Sequence record: DRR723986_45297
Direction: 5' to 3' (one strand)
Length of the DNA stretch: 59,649 bases
Under the pieces are notes generated by a model. It did no database searches and was not told where the DNA came from. It worked only from the letters and a program-made list of their open reading frames with translations. Position 1 is the first letter of the stretch; each line of letters begins with the position of its first letter. The position numbers and the translations under genes are program-made. Shown here piece by piece: positions 30,352 through 39,859 of the stretch.

Positions 30352-31032
30352 ATGAAATCATTATATCTGGTATTGATGTGTTTATGCTTAGTTTTCTCTT
30401 GCAAATCGGAAAAGACAGAAAGAGTTGTTGAGAAAGATATCAAAACATTAAATATAGCCGAAAAAATAGCTAGTGCACATGGTTATGAAAACTGGAAAAA
30501 TGTAACAAAAGTTGAATTCACTTTCAAGGTCGATCGAGACACTATAAAAGGTCAAGGACGCAAATGGACATGGTTCCCTAAAGAGGATAAAGTCATTTTA
30601 AAAAGTAAAATTGGTGAAGTTGAATTTATAAGAAGCCAAATAGAGAGCACTCAAATTAGAACTGACCAAGGTTTTATTAATGATAAATATTGGCTGTTCG
30701 TACCTTTTCAATTGGTATGGGACACTTCAGCAACAATTTCTAATCCGGTTAAATTAGAATCACCAACTCATAAAGAACAATTAAATATGATTACTATCGT
30801 TTATGGTGAAGAAGGTGGTTATACACCTGGCGATGCTTATGATATTTACTATGATGAAAATTATTTAATAAAGGAATGGGTGTTTAGACAAGGTAATTCA
30901 CCAGAACCATCATTAACCAATACTTTTGAAAATTATCAGGATTTTAATGGAATTAAGATTGCTATTGACCATAAAAAAGACGATGGAAACTGGAATTTAA
31001 ATTTTACAGATGTAATCATTACATTAGAGTAA
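30352..31032 (+). CDS. Conserved hypothetical lipoprotein
   Basis: Lipobox VFSC; FINDKYWL..PF and GGYTPGDAY motifs. Confidence 0.75.
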   Translation: MKSLYLVLMCLCLVFSCKSEKTERVVEKDIKTLNIAEKIASAHGYENWKNVTKVEFTFKVDRDTIKGQGRKWTWFPKEDKVILKSKIGEVEFIRSQIESTQIRTDQGFINDKYWLFVPFQLVWDTSATISNPVKLESPTHKEQLNMITIVYGEEGGYTPGDAYDIYYDENYLIKEWVFRQGNSPEPSLTNTFENYQDFNGIKIAIDHKKDDGNWNLNFTDVIITLE

Positions 31033-31049
31033 TACAAAATTTAAATTTT

Positions 31050-31064
31050 TGGCATTACTTTTGT
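31050..31064 (+). promoter_or_regulatory. Sigma54-like motif TGGCATT-N4-TTGT overlapping a TAnnTTTG element
   Basis: tggcattacttttgt has -24/-12 spacing; tacttttg at 31056-31063 also fits the primary-sigma -7 element. Confidence 0.45.
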
Positions 31065-31071
31065 AATCTAT

Positions 31072-31187
31072 AATGTAAGTTTCACGTCAGTCATATTGAC
31101 TTAAACGTATAGCTTACATTTTCCGCCTTTGGCGCCTATATATATTCAAGCACTTTATCTTTCGGGTTAAAGTGCTTTTACTTTTTT
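31072..31187 (+). ncRNA. Candidate structured sRNA (three hairpins, the last a terminator)
   Basis: Long interrupted hairpin 31072-31120, cgcc-ttt-ggcg at 31124-31134, and aagcacttta...ttcg...taaagtgctt plus T-tract at 31148-31187. No ORF. Confidence 0.5.
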
Positions 31188-31203
31188 ATCCTATAAAATT
31201 AGC

Positions 31204-31605
31204 CTAATCATGAGCACCATTACAATAAGGCTTATTCTGTGAAGCACCACATCGACAAAAAGCGGTTGTTCTTTTCTTCGTATCTACATGACCATCCTTG
31301 TTTGTAAATTTTAAGTTGCCATATACCAAAAGTGGTCCATTTTCTAAGACTTCAACCTTTATCTCCTTTGACTCTGAAACTTCATTTTTTGTATTATGCA
31401 TTTGATATGTTAATGCACCAGATGGGCATTTTTTAATAGCCTTTACCAGTTCGTCTGTAGAAGCCGCATCAATTTTAATCCAAGGACGCTCATTGGGTTG
31501 AAATACATTTGGTAAACTTTTTACACACTTTGCTGAGTGAATGCACTTTTCAGCTTCCCAAACCACGGTTAGCTCTGCGTTACTATATTCCTTAATTTTT
31601 CCCAT
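31204..31605 (-). CDS. Fer4_19 (YjdI-like 4Fe-4S) plus CDGSH iron-sulfur domain protein; probable premature TAG near the C-terminus
   Basis: CIHSAKC..LP.VF....RPWI...CPSGAL, then GPLLV and FCRCGASQNKPYCNGAH. The frame continues *ANFIG*. Confidence 0.85.
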   Translation of the reverse strand: MGKIKEYSNAELTVVWEAEKCIHSAKCVKSLPNVFQPNERPWIKIDAASTDELVKAIKKCPSGALTYQMHNTKNEVSESKEIKVEVLENGPLLVYGNLKFTNKDGHVDTKKRTTAFCRCGASQNKPYCNGAHD

Positions 31606-31714
31606 TTTTCAATTTCCTTTTTTAAAGATTAACAAAATAATTATGGCTTAAAAACACCTTTATTACTACATATTAAATCCTTATTTTTGTTACAAACCGA
31701 AAATCAATCTTACA

Positions 31715-32986
31715 TTGTCCGACTACAAACTTGGTTTGGATTACGCCAAACAACAAGACGCATTAGACGAATTATCAAGCTACAGGCAACAATTCCATAT
31801 CCCAAAGGACAAAAGTGGAAAAGAGTTGATTTATCTCTGTGGTAATTCACTTGGTCTGCAACCAAAATCAACAAGAGATTATATCAATCAAGAACTTGAA
31901 GATTGGGCAAATCTTGGTGTAGAAGGACATACTGAAGCTAAAAATCCTTGGTTACCTTACCATGAGTTTTTAACTGAGAGCTCAGCCAAATTAGTTGGTG
32001 CAAAACCTATTGAGGTAGTCACAATGAATTCGTTAACCGCGAATCTCCACTTTATGATGGCTTCTTTTTATCAACCAACAAAAGAGCGTTATAAAATACT
32101 TATAGAAAGTGATGCATTTCCTTCAGACAAATATGCTGTAGAGTCGCAATTGCGTCATCATGGTTATGATTATAAAGAAGGCCTTATCCTTTGGAAACCT
32201 CGCGAAGGTGAAGAACTGTTAAACTATGATGATTTAGAAACTATTCTAAAAAAGTATGGCCATGAAATTGCACTTATAATGATTGGTGGAGTTAATTACT
32301 ACACAGGTCAGTTTTTCGATTTAAAACGTATTACCAAACTTGGTCACAGCCATGGTTGTAAAGTTGGTTTTGATTGCGCTCATGGTGCCGGAAATGTCAA
32401 TTTAGATTTACACAACTCGGGTGCTGATTTTGCAGTTTGGTGTACCTACAAATATTTAAATTCTGGACCAGGAAGTTTATCTGGCTGTTTTGTGCATGAG
32501 CGACATGCTTACAATAAAAATCTAAACCGTTTCACAGGATGGTGGAGTCACAATAAACAAACGCGTTTTAATATGCGTCATGAGTTTGACGTTTTACCAG
32601 GTGCTGAAGGCTGGCAACTCAGTAATCCGCCTATTCTATCAATGGCAGCCATAAAGGCGTCACTAGATATGTTTAATGAAGTAGGAATAGAAAAGCTTCT
32701 TAAGAAATCTAAAAAGTTAACAGGCTATTTTGAATTTCTTTTAAAGCAGCTTGGTGAAGATGTGATAAGAATTATCACTCCAGAAAATCAAGAGGAAAGA
32801 GGGTGTCAATTATCAATTCAAGTTTTAAACGCAGATAGAACATTGCACGATAACCTAACTGAAGCTGGTGTTATTAGCGATTGGAGAGAACCAGATGTAA
32901 TTAGATGTGCGCCTGTACCACTTTACAATTCGTTTGAAGACGTATATCTAATGGTTGAAAAAATGAGAACTATTTTGAATGAGTAA
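31715..32986 (+). CDS. kynU: Kynureninase
   Basis: YLCGNSLGLQP, FPSD.YA, DCAHGAGN, WCTYKYLNSGPG, GWW.H and D.REPDVIR. Preceded by tatttttg at 31682-31689. Confidence 0.96.
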   Translation: MSDYKLGLDYAKQQDALDELSSYRQQFHIPKDKSGKELIYLCGNSLGLQPKSTRDYINQELEDWANLGVEGHTEAKNPWLPYHEFLTESSAKLVGAKPIEVVTMNSLTANLHFMMASFYQPTKERYKILIESDAFPSDKYAVESQLRHHGYDYKEGLILWKPREGEELLNYDDLETILKKYGHEIALIMIGGVNYYTGQFFDLKRITKLGHSHGCKVGFDCAHGAGNVNLDLHNSGADFAVWCTYKYLNSGPGSLSGCFVHERHAYNKNLNRFTGWWSHNKQTRFNMRHEFDVLPGAEGWQLSNPPILSMAAIKASLDMFNEVGIEKLLKKSKKLTGYFEFLLKQLGEDVIRIITPENQEERGCQLSIQVLNADRTLHDNLTEAGVISDWREPDVIRCAPVPLYNSFEDVYLMVEKMRTILNE

Positions 32987-34379
32987 TAAACAACAAAACA
33001 TATTAATAATTGGTGCAGGACTTTGTGGAAGTTTACTTGCACTACGACTAGGACAGAGAGGCTATAATGTTACTGTTTATGAAATGCGCCCAGATTTGCG
33101 TAAAACAGATATTTCTGCTGGTCGTTCTATCAACCTTGCCTTTTCTGATCGTGGCAATAAGGCCATGAAATTAGTTGGTATAGAAGATAAAGTCAAAGAA
33201 CTGTGTATTCCTATGAATGGAAGAATGCTCCATGACAGAGAAGGCAATACCTTTTTATCAAATTATAGTGGTAGTGAGTATGAATACATCAATTCAATCT
33301 CTCGTGGTGGTTTAAATGCACTCTTACTTGATGAAGCCGAAAAACATGAAAATGTAAAAATCCATTTTAATAAAAAATGTAAATCGGTAGATTTTGAAAA
33401 GACGGCAGCATTATTTGAAGATTATCATACCAAAGAAGAATTTATTGAAGATGCAGATTGTATCATTGCAACTGACGGAGCAGGTTCTGCTTTGAGAAAA
33501 AGCTACTTTTTAGAGAAGAAATTCTTATTCAGTTTTTCGCAACAATGGTTAACTCATGGCTATAAAGAATTAAGTATTTTACCTGCCGATGATGGAGGTT
33601 ATAAAACCTACAAAAATGCCCTACATATTTGGCCAAGAGGAGACTTTATGGTCATCGCATTACCTAACTTAGATGGTAGTTTTACTGTAACATTATTTTT
33701 AAGTTATTATGAAGGTGAATACAACTTCAATAATCTTACCAATCCAGAAATTGTTACGGAATTCTTCCAAAAGGAATTTCCAGATGCTTTAGAGCTAATG
33801 CCTCACCTCGCTGAGGAGTTTTTTGAAAATCCTACAGCACCACTAGGCACAGTAAAGTGTTCTCCTTGGAATTATAAGGGCAATACGCTTTTAATGGGAG
33901 ATTCTGCACACGCTATTGTACCGTTTTATGGTCAAGGCATGAATGCTTCATTTGAAGATGTGGTTGAATTTGATGCCATATTAGAGCAATATGAAGGTGA
34001 TTGGAAAAAAGTGTTTTCTGAGTATAATAAAGTGAGAAAAAAAGATACTGATGCTATAGCAGATTTAGCCATTGATAATTTTCATGAAATGAAGGACCAT
34101 GTGGGTCAGGCCATATTTCAAGAGAAACGAAAAATTGAAATGGCATTAGAAAAACAATTTCCAGAAGATTATTCATCAAAATATAGTTTAGTCACCTTCA
34201 ATGAGAATATTGGTTACAGAGAGGCGATGCTAAGAGGAAGAGCTCAGGATAAAGCTATTTTGAATATGTTGGCTGATGGTATTATTTCTACAGATGATGA
34301 TATCAATGATATTTTAGATAAAGTAAAATCAGAAACGGAGGCAATTTTAGAAGATGATAGAGTTGCTGGATTACATTAG
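32979..34379 (+). CDS. kmo: Kynurenine 3-monooxygenase (FAD)
   Basis: [39 protein letters not shown] and [16 protein letters not shown]. Confidence 0.94.
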   Translation: MSNKQQNILIIGAGLCGSLLALRLGQRGYNVTVYEMRPDLRKTDISAGRSINLAFSDRGNKAMKLVGIEDKVKELCIPMNGRMLHDREGNTFLSNYSGSEYEYINSISRGGLNALLLDEAEKHENVKIHFNKKCKSVDFEKTAALFEDYHTKEEFIEDADCIIATDGAGSALRKSYFLEKKFLFSFSQQWLTHGYKELSILPADDGGYKTYKNALHIWPRGDFMVIALPNLDGSFTVTLFLSYYEGEYNFNNLTNPEIVTEFFQKEFPDALELMPHLAEEFFENPTAPLGTVKCSPWNYKGNTLLMGDSAHAIVPFYGQGMNASFEDVVEFDAILEQYEGDWKKVFSEYNKVRKKDTDAIADLAIDNFHEMKDHVGQAIFQEKRKIEMALEKQFPEDYSSKYSLVTFNENIGYREAMLRGRAQDKAILNMLADGIISTDDDINDILDKVKSETEAILEDDRVAGLH

Positions 34380-34383
34380 TATT

Positions 34384-34788
34384 ATGAGTGAAAAAATAGT
34401 AACACCAAGAGGAGCATATCCACATGTGAAGCAAGTGGGCGATTTTATTTTCGTATCAGGCACTAGCTCCCGAAGACCAGACAACACCATTGCTGGTGTA
34501 GATATCATTGATGAGATGGGTACAAAAAAACTAAATGCTTATACCCAAACCCAAGAGGTTTTAAAAAATATTGAAGGCAATCTAATTAAAGTCGGAGCTT
34601 CTTTAAAAGATGTGGTGGATGTCACTTCGTTTTTAGTCAACATGAATGATTTTGCAGATTATAATAGAGCCTATGCAGAGTTTTTTGATAAGAAAACTGG
34701 CCCTACTAGAACGACAGTCGCTGTTCACCAATTACCACATCCAGATTTGGTTATTGAAATAAAAGTTATGGCTTATAAGAAATCGTAA
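34384..34788 (+). CDS. RidA-family protein, probable 2-aminomuconate deaminase
   Basis: PRGAYPH...[16 protein letters not shown] and [15 protein letters not shown], in kynurenine-operon context. Confidence 0.85.
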   Translation: MSEKIVTPRGAYPHVKQVGDFIFVSGTSSRRPDNTIAGVDIIDEMGTKKLNAYTQTQEVLKNIEGNLIKVGASLKDVVDVTSFLVNMNDFADYNRAYAEFFDKKTGPTRTTVAVHQLPHPDLVIEIKVMAYKKS

Positions 34789-34789
34789 A

Positions 34790-36229
34790 GTGAAAATTAA
34801 AAACTACATAAATGGAAACTTTCATAATCCAATTCTAGATAATTGGATAGATAATTATAATCCATCAAATGGTAAGATTTATGGGCAAATTCCAGACTCA
34901 ACTAAAGAAGATGTTGAAAATGCTTATATCGCTGCAAAATCAGCTTTTCCTATTTGGAGCAAGACAACATTAGAAGAGCGTAGTCGTATTCTCATTAAAA
35001 TTTCAGAATTATTAGAAGACAATTTACAGCGTTTTGCCGAAGCCGAAAGTAAAGACAATGGCAAGCCTGTTTCTTTGGCTAAAACCGTTGATATACCGAG
35101 AGCAGCAAGTAATTTTAGATTCTTTGGAAATGCCATTACGCAGTTTGCGAGTGAAAGCCATGAAAGTGTTGGACAAAACGCAGTTAATTACACCTTACGC
35201 CAACCTATTGGTGTAGTAGGTTGTATAAGTCCTTGGAACCTTCCACTCTACCTCTTTACCTGGAAAATTGCACCTGCATTAGCCGCTGGGAATTGTGTGG
35301 TCGCTAAACCGAGTGAAGTGACACCAATGACAGCATATTTGTTGGGTGAAATATGTAATGAAGCAGGTTTGCCTAAAGGTGTTTTAAATATAGTTCATGG
35401 ACTTGGAGGTTCAACAGGACAAGCGATTGTAGAACATCCAGATATTAAAGCCATTTCATTTACAGGAGGTACAGCAACTGGCGCACATATTGCCAAAGTC
35501 GCAGCACCAATGTTTAAGAAACTATCCTTAGAATTAGGTGGGAAAAACCCGAATATCATATTTGCAGATTGTGATTATGACGATATGTTGAACACAACGG
35601 TTCGCTCATCTTTTGCAAATCAAGGACAAATATGTTTGTGTGGTAGTCGCATTTTTGTGGAAGCTTCAATCTATGAGAAATTTAAAACAGGTTTTGTTTC
35701 AAAAGTAAAAGCACTTAAAGTGGGTCATCCATCTGACGCAGATACTAATATCGGAGCTTTAGTGTCTAAACCACACTTAGAAAAAGTAAAAGACTATATC
35801 AACATAGCTAAAGAAGAAAACGGAATCGTTCTTTGCGGAGGCAACGAAATCCATGTTAAAGGATATGAAAATGGTTATTATTTAGAACCAACGGTCATAG
35901 AGGTTTTAAATGATGAATGTCGCGTTAACCAAGAAGAAATTTTCGGACCAATAGTTACCATTATGCCCTTTAACACCGAAGAAGAGGTTTTACAAATGGC
36001 AAACAAAGTTAAATATGGTTTATCAGCCACGCTTTGGACGAATGATTTAAAACGTACCATGCGCATGAGTAATAAGCTACAAGCAGGAATTGTTTGGGTT
36101 AACACCTGGATGATGCGCGATTTACGTACACCATTTGGTGGTGTAAAAGCCTCTGGTGTTGGTCGCGAAGGTGGTTTTGAAGCTTTACGCTTTTTTACAG
36201 AACCAAAAAATGTTTGTATAAAATATTAA
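34790..36229 (+). CDS. Aldehyde dehydrogenase, probable 2-aminomuconate semialdehyde dehydrogenase
   Basis: ISPWNLPL, KPSE, FTGGT, LELGGKNP, GQICLCGSR and EEIFGP; operon context. Confidence 0.88.
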   Translation: MKIKNYINGNFHNPILDNWIDNYNPSNGKIYGQIPDSTKEDVENAYIAAKSAFPIWSKTTLEERSRILIKISELLEDNLQRFAEAESKDNGKPVSLAKTVDIPRAASNFRFFGNAITQFASESHESVGQNAVNYTLRQPIGVVGCISPWNLPLYLFTWKIAPALAAGNCVVAKPSEVTPMTAYLLGEICNEAGLPKGVLNIVHGLGGSTGQAIVEHPDIKAISFTGGTATGAHIAKVAAPMFKKLSLELGGKNPNIIFADCDYDDMLNTTVRSSFANQGQICLCGSRIFVEASIYEKFKTGFVSKVKALKVGHPSDADTNIGALVSKPHLEKVKDYINIAKEENGIVLCGGNEIHVKGYENGYYLEPTVIEVLNDECRVNQEEIFGPIVTIMPFNTEEEVLQMANKVKYGLSATLWTNDLKRTMRMSNKLQAGIVWVNTWMMRDLRTPFGGVKASGVGREGGFEALRFFTEPKNVCIKY

Positions 36230-36240
36230 AATTAATAATT

Positions 36241-36762
36241 ATGAAAATTAAATTCTTATTACTTCTTTTTGTTAGTCTTACAATACAAGCTCAGGATAAC
36301 TGGACCACATTAGAAAAAGACAACTATACTATAAATTATCCAGAGGATTGGTCAGTAAGTGATCAAAAACCACAACCATCAGTTCAATTTTTGATTACTA
36401 CTGATGAAACATCTTTAAAAGAAGACAACTTTAGAGAGAGTATTAATATGGTGACTGAGTCATTACAAGGCCAAATCTTTACACCAGAATCTTATGCAAA
36501 ACTCTCAATTGACCAAATAAAATTACAAATTCCTGACGCGAAAGTAATTTCAAACGAAGCTACAAATCTTGGCAATGAACAACCCCGTGAGGTTGTTTGG
36601 TTTAATGATTTTGGAAACGGTATGATTTTAAAATTTAAGCAAGTCTTTTTATTAAAAGAAAACACTGCCTATGTCCTAACATATTCATCAACTGAACAAG
36701 AATACAATGATTACTTAGAGGCTGCAGATAAAATAATTTACAGTTTTAAATTTATGGATTAA
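36241..36762 (+). CDS. Secreted PsbP/DcrB-like protein
   Basis: Signal peptide ending QA-Q, I.YP.DW, and C-terminal YVLTY...Y....I..SFK. Confidence 0.6.
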   Translation: MKIKFLLLLFVSLTIQAQDNWTTLEKDNYTINYPEDWSVSDQKPQPSVQFLITTDETSLKEDNFRESINMVTESLQGQIFTPESYAKLSIDQIKLQIPDAKVISNEATNLGNEQPREVVWFNDFGNGMILKFKQVFLLKENTAYVLTYSSTEQEYNDYLEAADKIIYSFKFMD

Positions 36763-37545
36763 ATGAACTTAAATCTAAATAATAAATTCGCACTAGTGTG
36801 CGGAAGCACAGCAGGCATAGGCAAAGCCACTGCTATAGCCTTAGCCGAAGAAGGTACTATTGTAACCTTAATCGCTAGAAATAAAGAGAAATTAAAAGCC
36901 ACACTTTCTGAATTACCACAACATCGTAATCATGACTATATTGTTGCAGATTTTTCAAATCCATCGGAATTAAAATCAAAGGTTGAAACTTATATAAAAG
37001 AACATCATGGATTCCACGTATTAGTTAATAATACTGGTGGACCAGCAGGTGGACCTGTTTTCACTGCAAAGGTTGAAGAATTTGAAAATGCATTTACGCA
37101 ACATTTAAAATGTAATCATGTGCTAGCGCAAGCCGTGGTTCCTTTCATGAAAGATGAAGGCTATGGTAGAATAATCAATGTCATTTCAACTTCTGTTAAA
37201 CAACCTTTAGATGGACTAGGTGTTAGTAACACTATTCGCGGAGCTGTTGCCAACTGGAGTAAGACCTTAGCAAATGAATTAGGACAATTTGGTATTACAG
37301 TTAACAATGTATTACCTGGTGCCACAGGAACAGAACGATTAACTGAAATCATTAAAAACAAATCGGCAAAGACTGGTAAAACTGAAGAAGAAGCCTCTGA
37401 TGCCATGAAAAATGCAGTGCCTGCAAAACGATTTGCAAAACCCAAAGAACTTGCAGATGCTATAGCATTTTTGGCGAGTGAGCGTGCGGCTTATATTAAC
37501 GGAATTAATCTTCCTGTTGATGGTGGACGAACAAAAAGTTTGTAA
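36763..37545 (+). CDS. Short-chain dehydrogenase/reductase lacking the YxxxK motif
   Basis: CGSTAGIG, VNNTGGP and ITVNNVLPG. The catalytic region reads GVSNTIR. Confidence 0.88.
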   Translation: MNLNLNNKFALVCGSTAGIGKATAIALAEEGTIVTLIARNKEKLKATLSELPQHRNHDYIVADFSNPSELKSKVETYIKEHHGFHVLVNNTGGPAGGPVFTAKVEEFENAFTQHLKCNHVLAQAVVPFMKDEGYGRIINVISTSVKQPLDGLGVSNTIRGAVANWSKTLANELGQFGITVNNVLPGATGTERLTEIIKNKSAKTGKTEEEASDAMKNAVPAKRFAKPKELADAIAFLASERAAYINGINLPVDGGRTKSL

Positions 37546-37577
37546 CTTTATAGAATTACCTTATTAAATTTAAAACC

Positions 37578-38114
37578 ATGAGTAAATTATATCCTCCAAT
37601 AAATTTTAAAGCCTGGATCGAAGAAAATCGTCATTTATTAAAACCACCTGTTGGTAATAAAGTCGTATGGAAAGATGGAGACTTTATAGTTATGGTGGTT
37701 GGTGGTCCAAATAGTAGAAAAGACTATCATTATAATGAAACACCAGAGTTTTTCTATCAAGTTGAAGGTGATATTACGTTAAAAGTAATTGACAAAGGCA
37801 CACCAAAGGACATACATATTAAAGAAGGTGAGATCTTCTTATTACCACCTAAAGTGCCGCATTCACCTCAACGCGGAGCAAATACTGTGGGTTTGGTAAT
37901 TGAATATCCGAGAGAAAAAGGAGTACAAGATGCACTGCTTTGGTTCTGTGAGAATTGCACAACCAAATTATATGAAGAAGATTTTACGCTCGATAATATT
38001 GAAACTGATATGCCTGGAATTTTCGATAGATATTATAGTGACAAAGACAAACGCAGTTGCCCAAATTGTGGCGAAGTAATGCAACCACCAAAGAAAGTTC
38101 AAATAGATGACTAA
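37578..38114 (+). CDS. nbaC: 3-hydroxyanthranilate 3,4-dioxygenase
   Basis: LKPPVGN, VGGPN.RKDYH...E.FYQ, VPHSPQR, and two CxxC motifs (rubredoxin-like site). Confidence 0.96.
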   Translation: MSKLYPPINFKAWIEENRHLLKPPVGNKVVWKDGDFIVMVVGGPNSRKDYHYNETPEFFYQVEGDITLKVIDKGTPKDIHIKEGEIFLLPPKVPHSPQRGANTVGLVIEYPREKGVQDALLWFCENCTTKLYEEDFTLDNIETDMPGIFDRYYSDKDKRSCPNCGEVMQPPKKVQIDD

Positions 38115-39192
38115 GCACAAACTTAGAATAAACGGCCATTCTCATTTACTTCCTTATCCAGAAGAGATACCTGAGTTCATGAAAGACAAAGGGATTTTTT
38201 GGGTAGACAAGGATAGAAAATTTATGCTTCAAAAAGATTGGAATAGACCAATTACGGACTCAAGTTTCTTTTTAAATGAAAAGTTAGCTTGGATGGAGCA
38301 TTTTAAGATTGACCATGCCGTTGTTTTAAATTTATCGCAACTCTATGGTAATGGTTTACGTCTCGAAGAAATGAAACAGGCGTTACGTTTTCAAAATGAT
38401 TTTAATGCAAGAATACAACACGAAAACCCAAGCAAGTTTACCTGTGGTTTTGTGGTACACCCAGGATTTGTAAGAGGTGCATGCTGGGAAATAGAACGCT
38501 GTGTTGAAGAATTAGGTTTACAATTATTGTGTCTACCAACGCATTATATGGATACCATAGGCACATGGCGCTGTATTTTTGACGAAGAGAATGAACCAAT
38601 TTTTGAACTTGCAGACAAATACAATCTTGCTGTAGAGGTGCATCCTTATGATGGTGAAAAGTTTATTAAGCTAGAAAATACATCATGGCGTTTTCATTTA
38701 ATATGGATGTTGGCGCAATGTGCGGATGCCTATCACTTCTTAACACTTAATGGTTACTACGAAAAGTATAAAAACATGCGTGTATGTTTTGCCCATGGTG
38801 GTCAATTGGCGCAAATTAACCTGGGAAGGCGAATTCAAGGTTTTGATGGCCGACCAGATCTTTTTGAAGGCAAAAGTCATCCTAGAAAAGCAGTAGGTCA
38901 TAAAAACATCTTCTTTGACACCTTAGTCCATGATACAGGTGGTTTGCAGTTATTAATAAAAAACCAAGGTTCTAAGCAAGTTCTCATGGGATTAGATGAT
39001 CCTTATCCATTAGGTGAAATGGAAAGTGAACAACAATCGTCTTATCCAGGTAAGATATTGGATTTAGCTATAGAACAAGATATTATTAATGATGCTCAGC
39101 GCGATGCTATCTGGGAAGATAATGTAATTCAGTGGTTATGTGGCGACGACCAATCTGCAAAAGATAAACTGTTGAAACGAATCTTATCATAG
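38107..39192 (+). CDS. Amidohydrolase-2 family protein, probable ACMS decarboxylase
   Basis: N-terminal HxH (GHSH), VHP, FAHGG, DTLVHD and G.D.PYPLGE; directly after nbaC. Confidence 0.8.
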   Translation: MTKHKLRINGHSHLLPYPEEIPEFMKDKGIFWVDKDRKFMLQKDWNRPITDSSFFLNEKLAWMEHFKIDHAVVLNLSQLYGNGLRLEEMKQALRFQNDFNARIQHENPSKFTCGFVVHPGFVRGACWEIERCVEELGLQLLCLPTHYMDTIGTWRCIFDEENEPIFELADKYNLAVEVHPYDGEKFIKLENTSWRFHLIWMLAQCADAYHFLTLNGYYEKYKNMRVCFAHGGQLAQINLGRRIQGFDGRPDLFEGKSHPRKAVGHKNIFFDTLVHDTGGLQLLIKNQGSKQVLMGLDDPYPLGEMESEQQSSYPGKILDLAIEQDIINDAQRDAIWEDNVIQWLCGDDQSAKDKLLKRILS

Positions 39193-39833
39193 TGCATTTT
39201 TTACCTGAAAAATTAGACGATTATATTGTGAATCATTCTGAGCAAGAGCCAGAGTTGTTACAACAATTAACAAGGGAAACATACCAGAAGATTTTACAAC
39301 CAATTATGCTCAGTGGCCCTTATCAAGGTCGTGTGTTGAGTATGATTTCTAAACTTTTAAACCCTAAATCAATATTAGAATTAGGTACATTTACTGGGTA
39401 TTCTACGCTATGTTTGGCAGAAGGATTACATCAAGATGGTGAAATTCACACTATAGATGTTAATGAAGAATTGGTAGATTTTCAAAGGAAATATTTTGAT
39501 AAATCTGGATTTGGTAAACAAATAATTCAACATACTGGCAATGCCATTGAAGTTATTCCACAGATAAATAAAATGTTTGATATGGCATTTATTGATGCTG
39601 ACAAGCCAAACTACAGCAATTATTTTCATTTAATTATTGATAAAATAAATCCTGGTGGAATTATTCTATCGGATAATGTGTTGTGGCATGGTAAGGTTGT
39701 TCAGCCCATTGGTGAAAAAGATGTATCCACTAAAGCTGTTATAAATTACAATACACTGCTTAAAAATGATAAGCGAATTGAAACCGTATTACTTCCAATT
39801 AGAGATGGTTTAACCATAAGCCGTAAAAAGTGA
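39192..39833 (+). CDS. O-methyltransferase (caffeoyl-CoA/COMT-like family 3)
   Basis: LELGTFTGYS, FIDADK..Y, DNVLW.G and LPIRDGL. Confidence 0.9.
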   Translation: MHFLPEKLDDYIVNHSEQEPELLQQLTRETYQKILQPIMLSGPYQGRVLSMISKLLNPKSILELGTFTGYSTLCLAEGLHQDGEIHTIDVNEELVDFQRKYFDKSGFGKQIIQHTGNAIEVIPQINKMFDMAFIDADKPNYSNYFHLIIDKINPGGIILSDNVLWHGKVVQPIGEKDVSTKAVINYNTLLKNDKRIETVLLPIRDGLTISRKK

Positions 39834-39859
39834 TATACAGTTCTGGTTCTTAATTGAAA

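Noticed and set aside
31072..31187. Riboswitch or Trp attenuator controlling the kynurenine operon
   Set aside because: Separated from kynU by an oppositely oriented gene; kynU has its own TAnnTTTG element; no Trp-rich leader peptide or recognisable aptamer.
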